Shown here in pieces: positions 30,214 through 38,993 of a stretch of 41,630 bases of DNA (position 1 is its first letter; each line of letters starts with the position of its first letter). Position numbers and translations under genes: made by a program. The notes beneath the pieces were generated by a model. That model did no database searches. It worked only from the letters and a program-made list of their open reading frames with translations, and was not told where the DNA came from. The stretch covers positions 1 to 41,630 of the forward strand of contig CAYPEH010000001.1 in the NCBI GenBank assembly GCA_964409585.1, written 5' to 3'. This DNA is from an uncultured Chromatiales bacterium. Its GTDB lineage: Bacteria > Pseudomonadota > Gammaproteobacteria > JACKNK01 > CAYPEH01.

Positions 30214-30374
30214 GAGCCTGTCGGACTCAGGGGGATCGTAGCGAAAAAGTGGGACAGCGAGGATGATTTTTCATGATTTTGAGGAGCATGGTGGGAACCA
30301 TGTGACGAAAAATCAGGGAAAATCAGACCGCTGTCCCGCTTTTGCAGCCGATCCAGCCTGAGGCCGACAGGCTC
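30214..30374. repeat. 161-nt imperfect palindrome (MITE/ERIC-like) immediately 3' of adk
   Basis: Arm ends gagcctgtcggactcagg (30214-30231) and cctgaggccgacaggctc (30357-30374) match 17/18. Nested pairs include gggacagcg/cgctgtccc and tgatttt x2 / aaaatca x2, with a central catggt-ggga-accatg. The two ~80-nt arms pair over most of their length. Confidence 0.75.
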
Positions 30375-30375
30375 C

Positions 30376-31059
30376 TTACTTCTTGCTTGCCGCCGCCCGC
30401 TTCACGGCAGCCATCTGTTCGTCGACCAGCTTGCAGATCCCGGCGAAGATGTCATCGATGTCACCGATGCCCTGGACCTCCTTCAGCTTGCCCTGGGACC
30501 GGTAATAATCGATCAGGGGAGCGGTCTGATCCCGATAGACGGCCAGACGGTTGCGGATGGTCTCTTCATTGTCATCGGACCGCTGCACGACATCACCGCC
30601 GCACTTGTCGCAGATGCCATCCACGGCAGGGGGCGAGGTATAGACGTTGTACATCTGCCCGCAATCCTTGCAGGTCCGGCGACCGGTCAAGCGCTGCATG
30701 AGCACATCGAAATCCACATCGATCAACAGGGCGAGGTCGATGGGCTGTTCGAGTTCATCGAGAAGGCTGTCCAGGGACTCAGCCTGGCCGGTGTTACGAG
30801 GGAAACCGTCAAGGATGCAGCCGGCCTGGGCGTCGGCCTCGCCGAGGCGTTCACGGATCATGGCGAGAACCAGTTCGTCGGAGACCAGACGCCCCGCATC
30901 CATGGCCTCTTTGGCCTGGCGGCCAAGATCTGTTCCGGCCGCCACTTGGGCCCTGAGCAAGTCTCCGGTGGAAATCTGTGGAATATGGTAACGATCGACC
31001 AGCCGTTTGGCCTGCGTACCCTTGCCGGAACCCGGTGCCCCAAGCAGTACGATTCTCAT
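30376..31059 (-). CDS. adk: adenylate kinase
   Basis: 227 aa. MRIVLLGAPGSGKGTQA P-loop and ILDGFPRN. The lid carries CKDCG...CDKCGG (a four-Cys arrangement). Confidence 0.97.
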   Translation of the reverse strand: MRIVLLGAPGSGKGTQAKRLVDRYHIPQISTGDLLRAQVAAGTDLGRQAKEAMDAGRLVSDELVLAMIRERLGEADAQAGCILDGFPRNTGQAESLDSLLDELEQPIDLALLIDVDFDVLMQRLTGRRTCKDCGQMYNVYTSPPAVDGICDKCGGDVVQRSDDNEETIRNRLAVYRDQTAPLIDYYRSQGKLKEVQGIGDIDDIFAGICKLVDEQMAAVKRAAASKK

Positions 31060-31263
31060 TGTCGACTCACTCCACTGGGTTTCCTGCCCGCCCGTCAGGA
31101 CAGCGGAAACTGATTAGCTTTATTATTGAGGCCATACATATTTTTGCCTAGCCTACCACCCGCCCTGAGTCTAAGCTACCCTCCTTTTTCCTTTGCCGGC
31201 AGCCTGTTGCGATCCCTTTGGGGACGGCTTCCAGCAACCTTCAGAGACACTGTATTCCACCCC

Positions 31264-31617
31264 ATGATCGACACCATTCCCGACTTTACCGACAGCGAAC
31301 ACTGGGTGGTCCAGACCACCCTGCGCGAGCGTTATGGCCGCAAGGTGGATCTGGCGGAAGTGGAAACGGAAATGCGCCTGAGCCCCTATTCCACGGAGCT
31401 GACACCCTGCCCCGGCCTCTACTGGAAGGACAAGGACTGTAGTTTCATCGTCGTCAAGGTCGGCGAAAAACGCTTCCGCGGACAGTTCTTCTACCGCGTG
31501 CATCAGCAGTACGGCACCGGCAAGAGCGAGTACGATGACCTCGGCGACTGTGTGATCAGCCTGCTACAGGTTCAGGCCGACCACGAAGCGAAAAAGAACA
31601 AGGAGACCTCCGGATGA
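31264..31617 (+). CDS. hypothetical protein (117 aa)
   Basis: ORF 31126..31617. ATG 31264 is preferred because the upstream part is a Pro/Leu/Ser-rich extension into the adk promoter region. No strong SD and no recognised family. Codon usage looks coding. Confidence 0.5.
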   Translation: MIDTIPDFTDSEHWVVQTTLRERYGRKVDLAEVETEMRLSPYSTELTPCPGLYWKDKDCSFIVVKVGEKRFRGQFFYRVHQQYGTGKSEYDDLGDCVISLLQVQADHEAKKNKETSG

Positions 31618-31751
31618 TCACCAGGGGTGATCCGGTAGAGCATCCATGACTTGTCCAGAGGCCCGATGAATACTATCCGGCAGTCGCACCCGGCAGCCGT
31701 GACCATTTTCAATCACAGGAAATCCGACCCGTAATCAAGGGAGACCATCGC

Positions 31752-33005
31752 ATGACCGCAAAGAACGCGTTTTATGCCCAGTCCGGCGGTGTCACCGCTG
31801 TCATCAACGCCAGCGCCTGCGGCGTGATCGAGACCGCGCGTCAGTACCCGGACAAGATCGCCAACGTCTATGCCGGCCGCAACGGCATTATCGGCGCCCT
31901 GACCGAAGACCTGATCGACACCAGCAAGGAATCCGCTGAGGACATCGCCGCCCTGCGCTACACACCGTCCGGTGGTTTCGGTTCCTGCCGCTACAAACTG
32001 AAGAGCCTGGAGGACAACAAGCGCGAATACGAGCGCCTGATCGAGGTCTTCAAGGCCCATAACATCGGCTATTTCTTCTATAACGGTGGCGGTGACTCCG
32101 CCGACACCTGTTACAAGGTCTCCCAGCTTTCCGAGAAGATGGGTTTTCCGGTCCAGGCCATCCACGTGCCGAAGACTGTCGACAACGATCTGCCCATCAC
32201 CGACAACTGCCCCGGCTTCGGTTCCGTGGCCAAATACATCGCCGTCTCCACCCTGGAGGCCTCCTATGATGTGCGTTCCATGGCCGCCACCTCCACCAAG
32301 ATCTTCGTCATCGAGGTGATGGGCCGCCATGCCGGCTGGATCGCCGCCGCCGGTGGTCTGGTGGAGGATCATGGCATCCCCGTCGTGGTGCTGTTCCCGG
32401 AAGTGGAATTCGACAAGGAGAAATTCCTCGCCAGGGTCGATGCCAAGGTCAAGGAACACGGCTACTGCACCATCGTGGTCTCCGAGGGATGCCATTGGCC
32501 CGACGGCCGTTTCCTGGCCGAACAGGGCACCCGCGACGCCTTCGGCCATGCCCAGCTGGGCGGCGCCGCCCCGGTGGTGGCCAACATGATCAAGGATGCC
32601 CTGGGCCACAAGTTCCACTGGGCCGTCGCCGATTACCTGCAACGCGCCGCCCGTCACCTGTCCTCCAAGTCGGACGTGGAACAGGCCTACGCCCTCGGCA
32701 AGGCCGCGGTGGAATACGCCATCGCCGGCGAGAACTCCATCATGCCCACGGTGGTGCGCACCTCGAACGATCCCTACCAGTGGGAGATCGGCAAGGCGCC
32801 GCTGTCCGAGGTGGCCAATGTGGAGAAGATGATGCCCATGGAGTTCATCACCGAGGACGGCTTTGGCATCACCCAGGCCTGCAAGGACTACCTGATCCCG
32901 CTGATCCAGGGCGAGGACTACCCGCCCTACAGCAACGGCATGCCCGATTACGTGACTCTGAAGGGCGTGGCGGTGCCGAAGAAGCTGGCCGGCTTCGAGG
33001 TCTGA
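31752..33005 (+). CDS. pfp: pyrophosphate-dependent 6-phosphofructokinase (PPi-PFK)
   Basis: 417 aa PFK-family protein. It has GGGDS (Asp at the position that is Gly104 in ATP-PFK) and PKTVDND (Lys at the Gly124 position), which are the known PPi-specificity determinants. SD AAGGGAGA. Confidence 0.88.
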   Translation: MTAKNAFYAQSGGVTAVINASACGVIETARQYPDKIANVYAGRNGIIGALTEDLIDTSKESAEDIAALRYTPSGGFGSCRYKLKSLEDNKREYERLIEVFKAHNIGYFFYNGGGDSADTCYKVSQLSEKMGFPVQAIHVPKTVDNDLPITDNCPGFGSVAKYIAVSTLEASYDVRSMAATSTKIFVIEVMGRHAGWIAAAGGLVEDHGIPVVVLFPEVEFDKEKFLARVDAKVKEHGYCTIVVSEGCHWPDGRFLAEQGTRDAFGHAQLGGAAPVVANMIKDALGHKFHWAVADYLQRAARHLSSKSDVEQAYALGKAAVEYAIAGENSIMPTVVRTSNDPYQWEIGKAPLSEVANVEKMMPMEFITEDGFGITQACKDYLIPLIQGEDYPPYSNGMPDYVTLKGVAVPKKLAGFEV

Positions 33006-33015
33006 TCCTGCAATG

Positions 33016-33047
33016 AAAAAGGGGGCGTCATCCACGCCCCCTTTTTT
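33016..33047. terminator. bidirectional Rho-independent terminator after pfp
   Basis: AAAAA-GGGGGCGT-catcc-ACGCCCCC-TTTTTT. Confidence 0.8.
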
Positions 33048-33324
33048 ATGGATGGACAAATAACGCCAATGAGGCGTTTGACCGGAGTCAAGCCATGACC
33101 ATGGTGAAACCCAGAGAATTGCCGCGCGTTCCGGCCAACCCGACCGTCGGTGGCTGCCGGTGCACGGCACGGCCAATCCTCAAAAAACACAAACGAATGT
33201 CCTGCCTGCCTGGACACCGGACACGGCCAGGGGCCGCCAACCGCTAGGGATGGGAAGAAAGATCCGGCTTCCCGCCAGGAGCTGGATCGAAGGTTTTCTG
33301 ATAGTTACATTCGGGGGAAATCAC

Positions 33325-35340
33325 ATGTCTGTTGGAGTTTTGATAGCAATCGGCTGCGCAGCCCTTGCGCTGGCATACGGCGCATGGTCCGTCAAATGGA
33401 TTCTCGCCCTGCCGGAAGGCAATGAGCGCATGCGCGAAATCGCCGCCGCCATTCAGGCCGGCGCCAAGGCCTACCTCAACCGCCAGTACACCACCATCGC
33501 CATGGCGGGCGCGGTACTGTTCGTGGTCATCTTCTTTGCCCTGGGTCTGGGTTCGGCGATCGGCTTCGCCATCGGCGCACTGCTCTCCGGCGCCGCCGGC
33601 TATATCGGCATGAACATCTCCGTGCGCGCCAATGCCCGCACCGCCCAGGCCGCCCATGACGGCATCAACGCCGCCCTCACCGTTGCCTTCCGCGGCGGCG
33701 CCATCACCGGCCTGCTGGTGGTCGGCCTGGGCCTGCTGGGCGTGGCCGGTTACTACGGCGTGCTGCAGATGATCGATCCGGAAGTCAACAACATCCACGC
33801 CCTGGTTTCCCTCGGCTTCGGCGGCTCCCTGATCTCCATCTTCGCCCGTCTGGGTGGCGGCATCTTCACCAAGGGCGCGGACGTGGGCGCCGATATCGTC
33901 GGCAAGGTGGAGGCCGGAATCCCCGAGGACGACCCCCGCAACCCGGCAGTCATCGCCGACAACGTGGGTGACAACGTGGGTGACTGCGCCGGCATGGCCG
34001 CCGACCTGTTCGAGACCTATGCCGTGACCATCATCGCCACCATGATGCTGGGTGGCCTGTTACTGCCGGACGTGGCCAACTCGGCCGTCTATCCGCTGGT
34101 ACTGGGCGGCGCCTCCATCGTCGCATCCATCGCCGGCACCTTCTTCGTCAAGACATCCGAAGGCTCCAAGATCATGAACGCCCTGTACAAGGGCCTGATC
34201 GTCTCCGGCCTGCTGGCTGCCGTCGCCTTCTATCCCATCACCGACTGGCTGATGGGCGACAACGGCACCTATCCGGTCATCAACCTGTATGGCGCAGCCC
34301 TGATCGGCCTCGCCCTGACTGCCGCCATGGTGGTCATCACCGAGTACTACACCGCCACCGAGTTCAGCCCCGTGCGTCATATCGCCGAGGCATCCACCAC
34401 CGGCGACGGCACCAACGTCATCGCCGGCTTGGGCGTTTCCATGAAATCCACCGCCGCTCCGGTGTTGGTAGTCTGCGCTTCCATCTGGAGTGCCCACGAA
34501 CTGGCCGGCCTCTACGGCATCGCCATCGCCGCCACCTCCATGCTGTCCATGACCGGCATCGTGGTTGCCCTGGACGCCTACGGCCCCATCACCGACAACG
34601 CCGGCGGTATCGCCGAGATGGCCGAACTGGACGAGAGCATCCGCAACATCACCGATCCGCTGGACGCCGTCGGCAACACCACCAAGGCCGTCACCAAGGG
34701 ATACGCCATCGGTTCCGCCGGTCTGGCCGCACTGGTGCTGTTCGCCGACTACACTCACGAGCTGACCCGCGCCGGTCACACGGACATCACCTTCGACCTG
34801 TCCAACCACATGGTCATCATCGGCCTGTTCATCGGCGGCCTGGTGCCCTATCTGTTCGGCGCCATGGCCATGGAGGCGGTCGGCCGCGCCGCCGGTGGCA
34901 TCGTCAACGAGGTGCGCCGCCAGTTCCGCGAGATGCCCGGCATCATGGACTACACCCAGAAGCCGGACTATTCCAAGGCGGTGGACATGCTGACCAAGGC
35001 TGCCATCAAGGAGATGGTCATACCCTCGCTGCTGCCGGTGCTGGTGCCGGTGCTGGTCGGCTTCACCCTCGGTGCCCAGGCGCTGGGCGGCCTGCTCATC
35101 GGCACCATCGTCACCGGTCTGTTCGTGGCCATCTCCATGACCACCGGCGGCGGCGCCTGGGACAACGCCAAGAAATACATCGAGGATGGCCACTTCGGCG
35201 GCAAGGGCTCCGACGCCCACAAGGCGGCGGTCACCGGTGATACGGTGGGCGACCCCTACAAGGACACCGCCGGCCCGGCCGTCAACCCGCTGATCAAGAT
35301 CATCAACATCGTCGCACTCATGATCGTGCCGCTGTTGTGA
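33325..35340 (+). CDS. hppA: membrane-bound H+-translocating pyrophosphatase, K+-independent type
   Basis: 671 aa from ATG 33325 (GGGGGAAA SD). It has [20 protein letters not shown] and [31 protein letters not shown] has Lys at the Ala/Lys switch position that marks K+-independent enzymes. The N-terminal extension of the longest ORF (33160) is rejected. Confidence 0.95.
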   Translation: MSVGVLIAIGCAALALAYGAWSVKWILALPEGNERMREIAAAIQAGAKAYLNRQYTTIAMAGAVLFVVIFFALGLGSAIGFAIGALLSGAAGYIGMNISVRANARTAQAAHDGINAALTVAFRGGAITGLLVVGLGLLGVAGYYGVLQMIDPEVNNIHALVSLGFGGSLISIFARLGGGIFTKGADVGADIVGKVEAGIPEDDPRNPAVIADNVGDNVGDCAGMAADLFETYAVTIIATMMLGGLLLPDVANSAVYPLVLGGASIVASIAGTFFVKTSEGSKIMNALYKGLIVSGLLAAVAFYPITDWLMGDNGTYPVINLYGAALIGLALTAAMVVITEYYTATEFSPVRHIAEASTTGDGTNVIAGLGVSMKSTAAPVLVVCASIWSAHELAGLYGIAIAATSMLSMTGIVVALDAYGPITDNAGGIAEMAELDESIRNITDPLDAVGNTTKAVTKGYAIGSAGLAALVLFADYTHELTRAGHTDITFDLSNHMVIIGLFIGGLVPYLFGAMAMEAVGRAAGGIVNEVRRQFREMPGIMDYTQKPDYSKAVDMLTKAAIKEMVIPSLLPVLVPVLVGFTLGAQALGGLLIGTIVTGLFVAISMTTGGGAWDNAKKYIEDGHFGGKGSDAHKAAVTGDTVGDPYKDTAGPAVNPLIKIINIVALMIVPLL

Positions 35341-35369
35341 TGAGGAACAGCCGATAGGCCCGAAAGGAA

Positions 35370-35396
35370 GGGGCGGCCGACTGGCCGCCCCTTTTT
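35370..35396 (+). terminator. Rho-independent terminator after hppA
   Basis: GGGGCGGCC-gact-GGCCGCCCC-TTTTT. Confidence 0.85.
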
Positions 35397-35404
35397 CGTT
35401 TCCA

Positions 35405-35424
35405 CCCGAATCCGTGGATTCGGG
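35405..35424. repeat. REP-like 20-nt palindrome sharing a GAATCCGTGG core with the 27506..27592 element
   Basis: cccgaatccgtggattcggg forms a 9-bp stem. The core gaatccgtgg also occurs at 27511-27520 and, reverse-complemented, at 27579-27588. Confidence 0.55.
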
Positions 35425-35634
35425 CCTCAAGCCCCAATGTTGCACCCGGGGGCACGAGGGCGCGCCCGGCCAGGGCACGGGTACCTTTCGTTACCGGCTT
35501 ATATACAGCGATGCCTCAATAAAACCAGTAAGCTGCAAGTCAATTCCGGCGACCGGGTGCAATATTGGCGCAAGGGAAGCTCTGAATAAGTACCGGGGGA
35601 TGGGGGTTTGAGGGAAGGGGTGTGTGGCCGTTTC

Positions 35635-35725
35635 CGTAAGCCATTGATTCGTATCCTTCCCCCAATAGGCAATCTCCCGGAAGGGGACTCTGATCAAGTC
35701 GCGCGCGACTTGATCAGAGGTTCCC
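35635..35725. repeat. ~91-nt dispersed intergenic repeat, copy B
   Basis: Aligns to 17..107 in the same orientation. It contains the perfect 16-bp palindrome arms ctctgatcaagtcgcg/cgcgacttgatcagag and ends 3 nt from the stop of the GCS2 gene. Confidence 0.7.
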
Positions 35726-35728
35726 AAG

Positions 35729-37168
35729 CTACACCGGCCACCGCACCACCGGCAGGCCGCTCTCCTGGTATCGCAGATAAGCGGCCACCAGGGCATCCAT
35801 ACCCGGCCCGTTCTGCTCGATGAAGGCCCGCTGCCAGACGGTTCCATTGATGCCATATTTCACCCGCCGTTCCACCACCCCCAGATAACGCTGGATATCG
35901 TCACCATCGATATCCAGCATTCCCAGCCCATGGGCGGCGCGGGGCAACAGCTCATCCAGCAGCAGTTCCCGCATGGCCACGCGCCGGCCTTCCAGCCAGA
36001 CGATCTCGCTGTCGAGACCACGGCGCGAGGCGCGGTAGAAGTTCTCCCGCGCGTCCTCGAACGACAGCCTTTCCTCCGGTGGCTCGTCCTCGCGTCCCAG
36101 CGAATGCACCAGTCCGAAGTAGAAGGCCGCGTTGGCAATGGAGTCCAGCACGCTGGGACCAGCCGGCATCACCCGATGCTCGATGCGCAGATGGGGGCAA
36201 CCGTTGCGATCGAAGCCGACCAAGGGACGGTTCCAGCGCCAGATGGTGCCGTTGTGCAGGCGCAAATGGCTCAACGAGGATGGATATTTGTCCATCTCCA
36301 TGGGCAGCAGGGCATGGAAACAGTGCTCGTTCTCATGGAAACACTCCATCATGCTCTCCCGCACATATCCGCTGCCGAAGGTCACCCGATGCAATTCCGG
36401 ATGATCGCAGCTCCCGCCGACACGGGCCGTCACATCCACCGACTGTTCGAACAAGGGCACGCGAGTTTCATCCCACAGGTCACGCCCGAACAGATAGGGG
36501 GAATTGGCGCTCATGGCCACCATGGGCGCCGACAGAACAATGGACGCATTGTAAAAACGCCGTGCATCCCTGGGTGCCACCTGCAAATGAATCTGGAAGG
36601 AGGTGGTGGCCGATTCCAGCATCACGTCACGGTGGCTGGTGCGCAGGGTCTCTCGCCCCCGGATATCCAGCTCCAGCGCCCGGCCCCGGCGGTGTTTGAG
36701 CACCTGTTCATTGAGCGCCCGGTAGCGATGCAGGGGGGTCATATTGATCAGGCTCAATTGCCCCTCGCGCACCGTGGGCAGGATACCGATCATCGCCAGC
36801 CGGGCATTGAATTCGTCCGCCACCTGCTTGCAGCGGTCCCAAGTCTCCTGCAACTGCCGCTCCATGCGCCGCAGGGCCTGGTCCCGCAGGCACACCGGTT
36901 CGGTATTGAGTTCCACGTTGAACTTGGCCAGCTCGGGCACCACCAGCGAATCGCCCAGCCGCTCGATGTAATCCTGGTTGATGGGAAACGGTTCGAGCTT
37001 GCGATTGACCAGCCAGGCCTCCACCTCGAAACCGCCCATGCTCGGCCCGTCATCCAGGCGGGTGGATTCATACCACTCGGTCAGCAGCCTTGTCTCGTCC
37101 CGCAGGCGCCGCTCGAACACGCGAAAATCATGTCCGGTGAAATGGGTGCTGGTGATCTCCTGGCCCAT
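35729..37168 (-). CDS. glutamate--cysteine ligase family 2 (GCS2) carboxylate-amine ligase
   Basis: 479 aa. GFEVEAWLV, PELAKFNVELNT, TSFQIHLQV and NSPYLFGRDLW resemble the YbdK/GCS2 family. The substrate cannot be assigned from sequence alone. Confidence 0.75.
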   Translation of the reverse strand: MGQEITSTHFTGHDFRVFERRLRDETRLLTEWYESTRLDDGPSMGGFEVEAWLVNRKLEPFPINQDYIERLGDSLVVPELAKFNVELNTEPVCLRDQALRRMERQLQETWDRCKQVADEFNARLAMIGILPTVREGQLSLINMTPLHRYRALNEQVLKHRRGRALELDIRGRETLRTSHRDVMLESATTSFQIHLQVAPRDARRFYNASIVLSAPMVAMSANSPYLFGRDLWDETRVPLFEQSVDVTARVGGSCDHPELHRVTFGSGYVRESMMECFHENEHCFHALLPMEMDKYPSSLSHLRLHNGTIWRWNRPLVGFDRNGCPHLRIEHRVMPAGPSVLDSIANAAFYFGLVHSLGREDEPPEERLSFEDARENFYRASRRGLDSEIVWLEGRRVAMRELLLDELLPRAAHGLGMLDIDGDDIQRYLGVVERRVKYGINGTVWQRAFIEQNGPGMDALVAAYLRYQESGLPVVRWPV

Positions 37169-37201
37169 TATTATTAACCCGGCGACTCGCCGAGCGTGGT
37201 A

Positions 37202-38943
<1,742 letters not shown>

Positions 38944-38993
38944 GCAAGCTGTGCGATTTTACGCGGCTCACGATAAAAAACAGAATCAGAGCC

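Noticed and set aside
29995-30276. 93-aa plus-strand ORF and tiny ORFs inside the 30214-30374 palindrome (for example a 33-aa ORF from ATG 30263 and a 24-aa ORF on the minus strand)
   Set aside because: The 93-aa ORF overlaps the ATPase start in antisense. The tiny ORFs have no correctly spaced SD (GAGG abuts the ATG) and are by-products of the palindrome sequence.
17-35725. The idea that the two ~91-nt direct repeats delimit a 35.6-kb genomic island or integrated element
   Set aside because: The interval is the core dcw cluster plus secA, argJ, rnpB, adk and similar genes. It has no integrase, tRNA or mobility genes. The repeats are better explained as members of a dispersed intergenic repeat family.
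35491-35856. 121-aa minus-strand ORF and the 35414..35611 plus-strand ORF in the hppA/GCS2 spacer
   Set aside because: The first overlaps the 3' end of the GCS2 gene out of frame and runs through repeat copy B. The second has no SD and an odd composition. Neither is supported.
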